This document shows positions 21,844-33,899 of a DNA stretch of 64,000 bases, piece by piece. This DNA comes from Azolla caroliniana. Lineage: Eukaryota > Plantae > Polypodiophyta. The translations under genes were made by a program, and so were the position numbers. The DNA is taken from contig JBHGNT010000020.1 of assembly GCA_043228905.1 (NCBI GenBank), positions 2,170,001-2,234,000 of the forward strand, given 5' to 3'. How positions within the stretch are numbered: the first letter of the stretch is position 1; every line of letters starts with the position of its first letter. The notes under the pieces are model-generated. The model worked only from the letters and a program-made list of their open reading frames with translations. It did no database searches and was not told where the DNA came from.

Positions 21844-24800
21844 GTAGAGAATTTGTTCTACAATGTAGCTGTTTGGAGAAAGGCCTTTAAAACCCAACAG
21901 AGGAATATGGTCCAATACTAGATGTAGTCAGCAAGTTTGCCGCTCACAAGATTGGAGTCAAGTTTCTTGTGCAAAAAGGTGGATAGCATGGGGCCATTTG
22001 CTTTTTGAATTGATGTACATTCTATACGAAATATTGAATTAACTCCCCTTTACCAGCATGGTGGAAATCGTATCGTGCAGATATTCATACAACAGCATCA
22101 TTAACAAGAGTAGATGCTATCCGGGCTGTGTATGGACCATGTGTTGCACGGGAATTGATTAAAGTCTCAGTTTCTGATGATGATCCATTGCGAGCTCAAT
22201 TTGAGATGGAGGGGTTTATTTCAAGTGCCAATTATAGTGCCAAAAAGACCTCGTTTGTGCTTTTCATAAATGGTAACAATGTACTATAATAACTTAATCA
22301 GTCATATCTTGTTCCGTCTTCTTGGGTTGCTAATTCTTGAAATCACATTCTTCTTCTTATTTGTTATTGAACTATGGTTTTTGAAAACATTAAAAATTCA
22401 TGGTCTCTAAACTCTTAGTCAGACATTGGACATTCTCTGGCATGGTGGACCTTGAGGCTGAGAGGCTAGTAGAATGCTCAGCGTTGAGAAAAGCTATTGA
22501 GGTTGTTTACGCACTAATTCTTCCAATAGCTTCAAAGCCATTTGTGTACATGTCTATTTGCTTGCCAACTGAGCATGTTGATGTAAACGTTCATCCGAAC
22601 AAGAAAGAGGTAGCTTATTAATTTACATCATTTGTTCCTTTGAACATCTAGTATTTGCCAGCCAGTGTTTATAGCTTACATGTACATTCATCATTATCTG
22701 TTACAAACATCATTCAGGTGAGCTTCTTGAATCAAGAAATCTTGATAGATAGTATCCAAAAGGCAGTTGAGGCAAAACTTATGAACTCAAATGCTAGACG
22801 GACATTTTACACACAGGTGCATCACTGACCTTGCAAACATGGAATGATCTTAGGTTTGATATTGAAATATTTTCATATTTATGAAGACTACTCTCCCTGG
22901 AGCGTCACAAGTTTCTCGTGGGGAATGCGAGGCAAGCCCCACACTGAATTCAGGTAATACATTAATAAAGGGATGTGGGATTAGATTCTACCTTTTTTTC
23001 ACATAATTGTTGCAGTTATATCAGCCAAAAACCCTTTTGATGCACATAACTCTCTAAAGATAGGCATCTGTTTGCTATTTCATGTTTTTCCTGTCTCATA
23101 ATACATTATGAAGTTTGCACCCGAATATTAAGTGGTAGAAATGAGGTTTAAAGTTGGAACTAGAAAATAGCTTGTAAAATCTTCTTGTTTGGCCATGCCT
23201 CTTTCTACAATTGAGGAGTTAGAGCACATTGGAGGGACTGGTGATATGGTTTGTTTCTGTGGTGATATGGTTTGTTTCTGCACTCTGGTTGCTGGCATAA
23301 GAGAAAATCATATCCATTGGAGACTTGTGATATGGTTTGTTTCTGCACTCTCAAGTGAGCTTAACCATGGTTGTTGGCATAAGAGAAAATCATATCCATT
23401 GGAGACTTGTGATATGGTTTGTTTCTGCACTCTCAAGTGAGCTTAACCATGGTTGTTGGCATAAGAGAAAATCATATCCATTGGAGACTTGTGATATGGT
23501 TTGTTTCTGCACTCTCAAGTGAGCTTAACCATGGTTGTTGGCATAAGAGAAAATCATATCCATTGGAGACTTGTGATATGGTTTGTTTCTGCACTCTCAA
23601 GTGAGCTTAACCATGGTTGTTGGCATAAGAGAAAATCATATCCATTGGAGACTTGTGATATGATTTTTTTATTTGCTGGTATGTGAGTTTAACCATGGTT
23701 GCCAGCATATGAAAATCATACCCTCACAGCCTGTTATGAGTCGCTGGAGTTATGAACCCTTGGTATCTTTACGTGAAGGCTTATCTATACTTTGAGAATA
23801 TCTAGTTTCAATATCATCACCAATACCATCGCCTTCTACATGCTAAGATAATAAGAACATATTGATGGAATGCTGCCAGATTAAAAAATCTTGTTTCTGT
23901 GATGCATTTGGATTTTTTAACTATGCAACTGTCCAGTTCTAGAAAGCATCACAAATAGCCTTGTAAATTCTGATGAGCACAGAAATAAACAATATGCAGG
24001 AAATGCAACTCTGCAAATTCAGAAAACACCTGTGAATAAGTTAGTTTGTGTAGATTCATCAAATCCAGCTGGAAGATTACATGCTTTTCTGCAGAAAAAG
24101 GATGCAAATCCCATGGACGATGACAAAGAGCTGACTGCAATAAGGTTTTATGTTTCTCACCATCAGGCATGCTGTACAGCTGAGACGAAATCTGAAAGAA
24201 GGTGCAGATCTTACAAGTGTACAAGAACTGTTAGCTGCAATTGATCGGGATACACATGCAGGTCTATTATGTTTTATGCAAGTCAATGGTGTATTAATAT
24301 GAATGATACTGACGATCATTTGGAACATATGGAATTGTAGGTCTTCTGGACATGATAAAAAATTGTTCATACATTGGAATGACCAATAATTCCTTTGCAT
24401 TATCTCAATATAAGACTGGCTTATACTTATTTGATGTGGTCAAATTAAGGTGCGAGGCTAGAAATTCTATCCAAATAGAGTACTCTCCTTGCCTCTCTTT
24501 TTTTCAAAGCACTATTTTGTGGCTTACAGTAAGGAACTTCTCTACCAACAAGCCGTCTGAAGATTTTTCCCATTTTAATGCCATGCTTTTGACAAATCCT
24601 GCACCAATAAAAGAGCTGATGCTATTAGCTCTCGATGAAGACGAGTGCTTAGGAAACTGGACTGAGAATGATGGACCGAAAGATAAGATAGCGAAGGTAT
24701 CCTCATAGCCTGTGTTGATTAATCTAATTGATGAGGAACATTGCACCTAATTATCTTATCATGGCAATTGCATTGAAATGTGAAAGCTGTGTCATGTGAT

Positions 24801-26123
24801 TCGTATTTTTTTTATAGATGGAAGCTTTGTGGTTAAATACACTGGCAAAGGCTAAGATACTGAGAGAGTACTTTTCTTTCGACATTGATGTAGATGGAAA
24901 TGTATGCACTATTCCTATAATTCTGGACCAATATACCCCAGACATGGATCGTCTTCCTAAATTTCTGCTGAGTTTGGGGAATTGTGTAACTGATGGATTT
25001 TTTTCCCTTTTCATCATTTCTTTGTATTGTTTTAAATTTGTGAATTTGATACTTTGGGTTACAGATTGATTGGGATACAGAAAAAGAATGCTTTGAAACA
25101 TTTTCCGTTGCCCTAGCTGACTGCTATGCCATGCATCCCACAATGCTGCCAAACCCATCTGAAAATGGGCTAGATTTTTATCGCGTTGGAAAAAATAAAT
25201 CCTCAAATCCAGAAGCACGTGATAAAGGTTATTAAAAAAATTCCATTGAACTTCTATTTCTATATAAGAGTGTACATGTATCTCATATACATACACACAG
25301 ATGATTAGTTACATATTGTGGTTGTATGCATGTATTGATAGCTTTTTACATCCCCTTCAATAAGAGCTAGAAATAATGTGGCATTTGGCAGTGGAAGATG
25401 TAGCGAGAAAGTTGATATAGCCCATATGTGAAGCCAAGTGGTAATTGATGGCACATCTATATTCGGGCAACATTAGAGTATGTCGGACATTACAAATGAT
25501 AAATGGCCTTAATAGCTCTATTTTGTATATCACTCTTTCAGTGGAAATCTTTATTGAGGCAATACATAATATGTAAAGGATCATAGGACATTATAGATAA
25601 TAAATGGCACTAATTGCTCAACTGTGTTACCCTGTACATGTAACCTGATTGAAAAATTTTCCCTCTGTAAAATGTGTTACCCTATTTCCATTTGTAAAGT
25701 GTTTGGATCCAAGAAAACTGTTTTAGAGCTTTTTTAGATATATTTACAATGTCAGTTTTGAGCGTTTTTCTTATGTGGACCATGCAAGTCGTAATACTGA
25801 ATACATTTTCTTTTTTGTTTAAATGATTCACAAGAAGACATTGAGGATATGGAGATTGATGAGGATCTGATTGCTGAAGCACAGAAAGCATGGGAACAAC
25901 GTTCATGGACCATAGAACATGGCCTATTTCCTGCATTGAAACTTTTTTTGAAGCCTTAACGGCAGATGGCCACAGATGGAATTGTTATCCAGGTAAAAGC
26001 AGTGTTGGAAGATTACCATATGTGGTGTGTATTTGTTCTATGTTTTGGTAGGCTAATAATCACTCTCTTCATTGGCAGGTGTCTTGTCTTGAGAATCTGT
26101 AAAAAATATTTGAAAGATGTTGA
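21844..26123 (+). pseudogene. MLH1: DNA mismatch repair MLH1, central and C-terminal exons, disabled
   Basis: Exons encode VENLFYN, EGFISSANYSAKKTSFVLFIN, RLVECSALRKAIE...HVDVNVHPNKKEV, LREYFSFDIDVDG...LDQYTPDMDRLP, WTIEHGLFPALKLFLKP and terminal KIFERC*. Frameshifts in the first two exons (including an ATCGT duplication near 22072); stops TAA at 25957-25959 and 26100-26102. Confidence 0.9.
23240..23722. repeat. 82-bp tandem repeat in an MLH1 intron (four identical units 23327-23654 plus degenerate flanking units)
   Basis: Unit GTGATATGGTTTGTTTCTGCACTCTCAAGTGAGCTTAACCATGGTTGTTGGCATAAGAGAAAATCATATCCATTGGAGACTT; the ORF track repeats at 82-nt spacing. Confidence 0.95.
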
Positions 26124-26549
26124 AGTTCTTTTGCCAAGTTTAATGTACAAAGATGTAGTTCTCCATGCTTTTTTGACCATTGACACAATGAGTAATTTAG
26201 ATATGACAACAGAGATGAGAATTAAGTAGAATGGCTCGAAATTGTTGCTATTTTTTTTATCAGGTTCAATGTCTTGACTGTTTTTAGACCACACAAAATG
26301 GTAGATTTTGGTACATGATGGTAGAGAGATGAGGGCTAGCTACTTGGAAAGGTTTTATAAAGTGTGCTACTTGGTGAATTGTAACTTTAAAGATTCAAGT
26401 CATTTCACGTAGGATATTTGCATATATGGTAGGAAGATGCAATGTAAAGAGCAAATACAGAAAACGTAAAAATGTTTAGAAATATTACAATCATGGATTA
26501 TGTTGGAAAAGTAAGATAAATTGTGGATGATTTGCCATTGATAGATTGT

Positions 26550-28480
26550 AATATAGATGATGATGGCATTGTGGGTGGGTGTTTGAGAGATTTGCCATCA
26601 AGCTTTAATATGTTTGTTACTTCTATTTACGATATTGGAATGTTGTCATTTGATGATTTGGTACCTAAGTTGCATCTAGAGGAATAAAATACAAGTGCAT
26701 CCCAGAATGGTAAGGATTGGAATAAAGAAACATCTTTTTATGCTATCAAAATCAAGGTTCAAAGTGGAAGAGGAGGATGACAATGATAAGATAGAAATCT
26801 AGCTTATGGAAGACAGTAAAATCAACAAAACTACAATGAAAACAAATAGGCAAGTGTGAATTATAATATTAATAATAGAGGAAGATGACCAATACAAAGA
26901 GGGATCAAATTTCAAAAAAATTGGGATAATCTTTGTGGTCATTCAACTTCTAATCTAAAGTGTTCTAGTTACGTAGATGAATGGGATAAAAATGAATGTA
27001 ATGAAAATGCATTTGTAGTTACTATTAGTAAGAGTGCAAATAATGCTTGGTATCTTGATTGTGGGGTATTAGTGCAATTTTGTTTGAAGTTGACACTTGT
27101 CATTTATGGAATGACTTTGATAGACAAAATGCCAACAATCATAATGGGTAACAATACTTCAATAATAAAACGCCTCAAATGGATATAAATGTCATGACGC
27201 AATTGACGATAAATTTTATGTTTTAAAACATGTAGAATTTGATGGGATGCAATTTTGGAAATCATTGGAGTATGATAGGCAAATACTTTTGTGAAGTGAG
27301 GCAAGGGACATGAATGAAGACGGGGATGGCGAACATGGGAAAAAAGATGATTTTGCCTACAAAACAAACATAAATCCTAGAGCATCCATTTTAGAATTGA
27401 GAAGGTCGACTAGAGTAAGAAATCATGTTCAAAGGTTACGATATGATATATTTATTACACAACATTTCATGGTGATAGTTAGTAATTACGTTGAGCCTAA
27501 TTGTTTTAAAGATACATGTGAGAAATGAAAATGGAAATATACTATGAAAGCAAATTTTGATGCATTACACAAAAATGATACCTTGGAGTTAGTACCGAAA
27601 TGGAAAAAAGGTCATTAGTTGTAGATGGGTATATAGGTCTAAATTCAATTCTAATGGTTGTTTTGGGTGTAAAGCATGATTAATAGCCAAAGTTTATTCT
27701 TAAACTTATGGTCTAGATTATGAGGAAATGTTTTCACAACTAGCTAAAATGACATTTCTTTGAAAACAATTCTAAACTGGACTTATATCAAATGAATGTT
27801 AAAAATGCTTTTCTGAATGGTATTATCAAGTAAGAAGGAACTTGTGCATCTGGATTTATTAAATAACACATCAACACCTTTCTCTACTAATTGACCAATA
27901 GACTATGCCAACCACAAATGCGACATCTGGTCTTATACTAGTCAAATAGATTAATTTTCCAACTATTTGTTTGATACATCTTAACATTGATGTATTCCAA
28001 TGTGCCATTGATTTGGAAAATGTAAGGATAGATGATCAAGTTGTTGATCACTTCACCAAACCATTGCCCAAACAGGAATTCTTTAAGTTGAGAAGGAAGC
28101 TTGGTCTTCATGATCTTAGTCTATGCGTGAGAGGGGCTGTTGAGGACAAAATTAAGATATTTGAACCTCGTACCTCATATATCTCTAAGTTATATCCATT
28201 TAACACATACCACTAGGATACTATGTAGATGTTATTTTATCTTGTCATAAAAAATATGAGGATAATTAGTCATGAAGATAGGCCATGTGGAAACCATGCT
28301 CATGATCTACACTTGTATATAAAGAGGGCTTATCTCACCATTTCTAAAACACGTACATGCCACATGCTCAATGATCTACACTTGTATATAACAGGGCTTA
28401 CCTCACCATTTTTAATGCACATACATGGATTGCTGATCTCATTCTTCAAGGGATTATATATACATATATAGATATAGATA
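26550..28480 (+). mobile_element. Highly degraded, AT-rich Ty1/copia remnant
   Basis: AWYLD protease trace near 27045, RRSTRVRN...LRY, QMNVKNAFLNG near 27790, DQVVDHFTKPL, PPT GAGAGGGGC then TGTTGAG at 28138. Boundaries approximate. Confidence 0.7.
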
Positions 28481-31280
28481 TAGATATGTAGCATGGATCC
28501 CAAAATGTCTTGAAACTCATAATTCAGCTCAAATTTATAGTAACTGCTTATATTACCTGTGTGTGTGTGTATGTGTGTGTGTGCACATTTACGGCTTGGT
28601 CACACAACCTCTATAAGCCTTCAAAAGGAATGGTTATGGAGATTGCAAAACCAATAAGCAACGAAATGACATGGGGTACGTCGGTTTCTTTTTCTCTCAT
28701 TGCGTTTGCAGCTTTGGAAGTTTGATTGATGCTGAAGACATCCAGACCTCTATTCCTCTTATTTATCAAGTTGACGTGAGAAATGAAGAGTTCTGAGCTT
28801 CTCCATGTCCTTCTCCACAGACTCTATCAATCCAGGAAGCATCTTCATAGTATCTGCGATATACGAAAATTTATACTACTCTCTTAACACATTGTAATAA
28901 CATCATTTCTATCATGCAAATGTATGTTATATTAATCAAAACACATATATTTTTCCCCAATACATTTTTTCACAATATCTGTAAGAGAATATTCTTTGTT
29001 AATATAATGGTTCACAAGTTTCTTCTGCAAGAGAATTAGTCTAATTACTCTCTTGCTGTATGTAGTTATGGCAAAAGAACTTACACTGAGATGTGGTCTT
29101 CTGAGATTTACAAGCTAATTCTTCACACTCTTTCTGCTCAGACAGAATGATTAAAACTCAGAATGTATATATGTGGAAAAGACTCATTATCTAGGAAGAA
29201 TGAACTAGAATGAGCCTTCATAAGGCTATTTTTCTTTCTGATTGATTAACTGAGATTCGGTTGTTTCACTATGAAATGAAGTCTCTCTCTTTTTATGAAG
29301 AGATTTTCTGAAATGAGGCTGTGGTCTGATGATGAAATTAGTGGAAATTAGGCTGTTGTCTTTGATGATGAATTAATAGAGATTACGCTATTTTTTAGGT
29401 TTGACGATGAGATGATTAGCTATATCAAGGCTGTACTTCTGACATAGTGGAATTCGCAACAACTGTCAGCTCAGAAATTTTATAACCTGAATTTCAGATA
29501 AGCCTTCTTTGAAATCTGCAAGATCTTGATCCAACATCTGGATTTGCTGAGCACAGGACTGGAGTTCCACCTGTTAAGGATTAATTAACCCGTTTTTTGA
29601 AAAAAGAGCTGATGATAAGAAAACCCAGTTTCTTGTAACCGTAGAAATTGAAGAAGAAATATAAAACAATTATGAGGAGAAGAATTATCCTAAAGCAAGA
29701 ATTGACAACAATTTTGTGGAGAAGACTTATCCTATGTGGGAAACGGGGACAGGTGATTAAGATAATGAAGAGAGACAGTATGATAGGCTTGAAGAGCCGA
29801 ATCCCTAGAACAATCAAGGACTGGTTTGTGAAGCAATTATGCAATATTAAGTGAAGAAAATCCAGATCATGAAGAGAAATGCAATATTATATGTGTAAAT
29901 ACCATCGTGAATCAGATAGTCATGACAACCAAATCACAATGAGTAGGGACTCATTGTGTTGCACTTCAAAGGGGGGAAATGTCGGTGAAGACATCTAAGA
30001 GTTGAATCACCGAGAGATAAAAATCAGATGAAAGTATTATGCCACCTTGACTGGGAGAAATGTAAATGAAGAACTATGATGAAGAACAGTAAAAAGGGAG
30101 GTTTTGAACACATAAGAAAAATTTAAAAATGAAGAGCAATGTGATTAATATTAGCTGTATTACTGAAAACCCGGAAGCAGAATGTGTGCTCGATTAAGAT
30201 TAGCTTTGCTACAAAAAAACATGAGCTGAAAGGATGAACATGTGAAGAAAATTAAAAAATTAGGATGAATGTATTCTCGATTACCGTTAGCTTTACGACA
30301 TTAAGACGTCAGACAAGGAATACATTATGCTCGATGAGAGAACAACAACTCAGCAGCAGATGATGGAGACAAAGATAATGTTAATTTAAGGTGCCAGAGA
30401 TAATACTTGAATTCAGGGTCATTAAAGGGAATTGTTATCGATATGCAGAGGTCCAGGACTTGTATGTATGTCGAGCAATTCAGTGAAGGATATGAAATAA
30501 TGAAGAGAAATGTAGAAGAAGAATTTAAAAACGAAGAGTGGAGAAAATGAAGAAGTATTACAATATGCAGGTGAGAAGCCTGATATTTAGACATTGGTTA
30601 AAACCAAATGAAAGATTATATTCATAAAAGGAAGAAAAACAGTGCATAATCTTGAAATTTAAGCCAAGAAAAACTAGCCAGAAGCCGTAATTACTTCTAG
30701 CTTCAAAGAATACTAAGACTTTAAGAAGTGGAAGAAGCTTATAATTTTTGGAAAAAGTTAGACGATGACATATCAAAGACCAGGTGGACAACCTTGAGAA
30801 AGGAAACCTAAGAATCAGAAGAAAGCTTTGGAAACCATATGTAGACATCTTGATCAATCATTAAAACAAGGTAGAAAATGTACATATATGTACGAAAATA
30901 GACCAAACATTCGGTTACAAATACAAGGAGATGATCCGACTTCAGAAACCTGCAAAACTTAAAATGGATCCAGAAGAAATCTAAACCTTGGATAATACAG
31001 TGTATGTGTTGCTCGATTACAAAGTAATATAGAAGTTAATATTTATTGAGAACGGAAATAGTTGTTTAAGTCTCTGATAAATTTAGACTTAAAGACTCCT
31101 GAGAAAATAAATGATCGCAATACCTGTGAAATAATATAAGTCTGATGAATGAAACAACCAACCAGGAAACTTGCTATATGAAAGAAAAAGCTGCTAAACA
31201 TGGTTCCGCTGAATGAATGAATGAAATGGATGGATGAAATATTTCAAGGAATGAATGGATCGGTGAGTGGACAACAACCT

Positions 31281-31542
31281 TGAGGCGTTTGGAGAGGCGA
31301 GAAGAACCAGAGCTGACCTCGTTCATCAGAGAAGAATAGGCGAGATCTTCGTGTTTGCGAAGTGCATGGAGGCGAGAAGAAAACGATAGCTTGATCTGGG
31401 CCAGGGAAACAACTGGTAGATGATTGTGGTGGTGGTGGTGGTCATCGTCATCGTCATCGTCAAAGAAGTGACAAGCAGAGGGTGAAACGTGTGCACTTGG
31501 AGAAGAAAGATGAGGATTCATGTCCATGGCCATGGACTCCAT
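31281..31542 (-). CDS. Possible first exon of an unidentified host gene (poly-D/poly-H N-terminus)
   Basis: MESMAMDMNPHLSS...DDDDDDDHHHHH...LRKHEDLAYSSLMNEV...KRLK followed by AAG|GT, with acceptor-like TTTCACAG and TTTGCAG downstream. No family recognised. Confidence 0.3.
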
Positions 31543-32016
31543 CGCTGCAGAGATTCGATTCCTACATGAATTTCTTCCGTGGCCCGCGGAAGGAGATTTA
31601 GATTTTCCAACGAATTCAAACAATGAAAAGACGAAGCATTTTTGTTTCGAATTTGATATATTCACGTTTTGTTTCAGGAATCATGGAAGGCCAAAACACG
31701 GTTAACCATGTGATTCCATGATTGAGAGAGAATTAGATTCTGTATGTATGAATGATCTCACACTCTTCTCGAGGAGGGTCCACTTGTAAACCTGCCTTGG
31801 CCGACTAATCTGAGTGTTTTCTTTACTACACTTATCTCTTCATATACATATTTTGATGTGCTATTTGTCTTTCACACATAAAAAAAAGAGTTCAAACATC
31901 CTTCCCGGAGGAAGGCACATCTAGCCATCATACTCTAGACTTATTATTGGGGCACCAAATTGCACACAGATTGGGCACATGGTCATCGAGCCACACTCTG
32001 GGAATTGTCGCCTCAC

Positions 32017-32243
32017 GGAAGATTCCACCGCTCAAGTTCTAAGATTAAATTATGTGCATTTGTTGATGGTGATCTATTTGAATTACTGCCATTCCGAGCT
32101 AGATGTTCCTATAAATAGATGGGCAAAATTCATGGATTAGCAAGGGCTTGTGGAGCGACCAGACATTTTTTGCCTCGTCTCCTACCTTCCTTGCTACACT
32201 CTACAACCAACAAAACACGAGTTAGATGCTTTGGCACACACGG
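32017..32243 (+). repeat. Dispersed ~230-bp repeat, copy 1 of 3
   Basis: TTCTAAGATTAAATTA...GGGCAAAATTCATGGATTAGCAAGGGCTTGTGGAGCGAC shared with 35516-35775 and 45338-45500. Confidence 0.8.
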
Positions 32244-32479
32244 TGTCGCGAAGTTTCGCGTGAGTGTGTTACTCGGACTAGGGAGTAAGGAGGGGTGGAG
32301 AAGACCCGAGGTTTGCTTGTCAATGAAGAGTACTTGTTGGGCTGAAGGCTGAAGGCTTTCGTTGACCACAACTCATCGAACTTTGGAGCTCACTGCACTA
32401 GTGGATGGACGCGTGCATAAGGAAAGACGAGCACACAAGGCAAACACACGAGGAAAGGAAAAAGCCACATTCACGGACA

Positions 32480-32895
32480 CTCAGACGCCTTCATGAGGAG
32501 GAGGGGTGCATGGGCATGCCCGAAACGCTCTTTCACCACAAGATGACCAAACACACAAGGAAGGGGGCACGAACACAAACACGGAAGTTCGAACAACTTT
32601 ATGAGGAGGAGAGGTGCTTGGACACCCGAATTGCTCCCTTGTCTCAAGACACGAGAACATACAACAAGGGGGGCACACGAACACAAACATGAAAGTTTGA
32701 ATGCCTTGAGGAGGAGAGGTGCTTCGGGACGCCTATTAAGCGCGTGGACCCGAATTGCTTGTCTCAAGACGCGTGAATGCACAACAAGAAGGGGGACGTG
32801 GACACAAACATGAAAGTTTGAACGCCTTGAGGAGGAGAGGTGCTTCGGCACGCCAATTAAGCGCTTAGACCTGAATTGCTCCCTTGTCTCGAGAC
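32480..32895. repeat. Degenerate 105-120-bp tandem repeat (about four units)
   Basis: GAGGAGGAGAGGTGC...GAATTGCT...TGTCTCAAGAC...ACACAAACA recurs near 32495, 32603, 32708 and 32829. Confidence 0.8.
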
Positions 32896-33430
32896 AGATC
32901 CCCCTGCATAAGTCATAACATATCTAGACGTGGATCGGTTGGTATCCACATTAGTCGACATGTCCGAATCAGTTAAACCTTCCAATAAGGGGTGTTGACT
33001 GGACAAGCTCAACATGCCAGGCCGGTTCGGTTGGGTAAGCAAGACCAATCGGTGAGGCCCCGGATCGTAGACTCATCGGATTGGTGTCCAGATCTTAGTG
33101 TAATCGGTAGGTCGTTAGTGGCCTACGATCCTAACCTAGTAGATAGGCATATTTTTGGGAGTTAATGTCATAGCTCAGTTATGAGCATTGAAGTGTTGGG
33201 ACCGTGACCGACCACAACCAGTTTCACTTCGAATGTTCGGGTGCAAAGAATCGAGATAGATAGTGCACAGACAAAAAAACGAGAAGGCAGAACAAACAAG
33301 TACAGAGATACAAGATCTTTTACGTGGAAAACCCCGAAAGGGAAAAAACCACGGGGGTCCACAAACCCCGAGAAAAAGAATCATTATAATCGAGAGGAAA
33401 TACAACACTAAGAATCTCAAGGCAACAACT
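32895..33430. mobile_element. Copia debris: RNase H fragment (-), truncated B/C-type LTR from 32993 (+), and another LTR end (-)
   Basis: LEGLTDSDMS...RSTSRYVMTYAGG; TGTTGACTGGACAAGCTCAACA; the motif TTTACGTGGAAAACCC...GGGAAAAAACCAC is also present in the LTR near 60330. Confidence 0.6.
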
Positions 33431-33431
33431 T

Positions 33432-33899
33432 ATGAGAATCTCTCGGAGCGGACCGAAGAGAAGCAACAGGGTTCAGGTCAGCTCGCAGGAGAAAGCAAAA
33501 GTGAAATTTCTGAGCTTCCGACTGAGCTCAGAAATTGAGAAGACGACAGACCTACGGAAGGTCTTGGAGGAGAGGATCCTCGACTGTTGGGTGGAATTCT
33601 CGGTACGAGAAGTGCTTGGAATAACGACGAAAGAGTTCCATGACTCCATCATCAACCTCGTAAAAAGGAAGCGTTTCTCAACAGAGCCAGAGTCGGAGAA
33701 GTCAGTCAAGGTGAAGGCGGCCCACATAGAAGAGGTGGCAATGGAGGAAGCATTTACGGATAGTTACGACACAAAGCCGCATTGGGCAAGAGCGGCAATG
33801 GAGACCCCCGTCTGAATCGGGGATGTGAAAGAACCAGTGGTGGCTCTGATCGACCATGGATCTGAAATCAACCTAATGTCGATGTATTTCTATAAGAAG
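33432..33899 (+). mobile_element. Gypsy gag-protease fragment related to the 36.8-43.8-kb element
   Basis: TDLRKVLEERILD...KEFHDSIINLVKRKR...PHWARA...ALIDHGSEINLMSM matches 40947-41650 (-). Confidence 0.8.

Noticed and set aside
23327-23654. 82-bp repeat as a CRISPR array or repeat-protein gene
   Set aside because: Units are identical end to end with no unique spacers, there are no cas genes, and it lies in a eukaryotic intron. The repeated 61-aa ORFs are artefacts of the 82-nt period.
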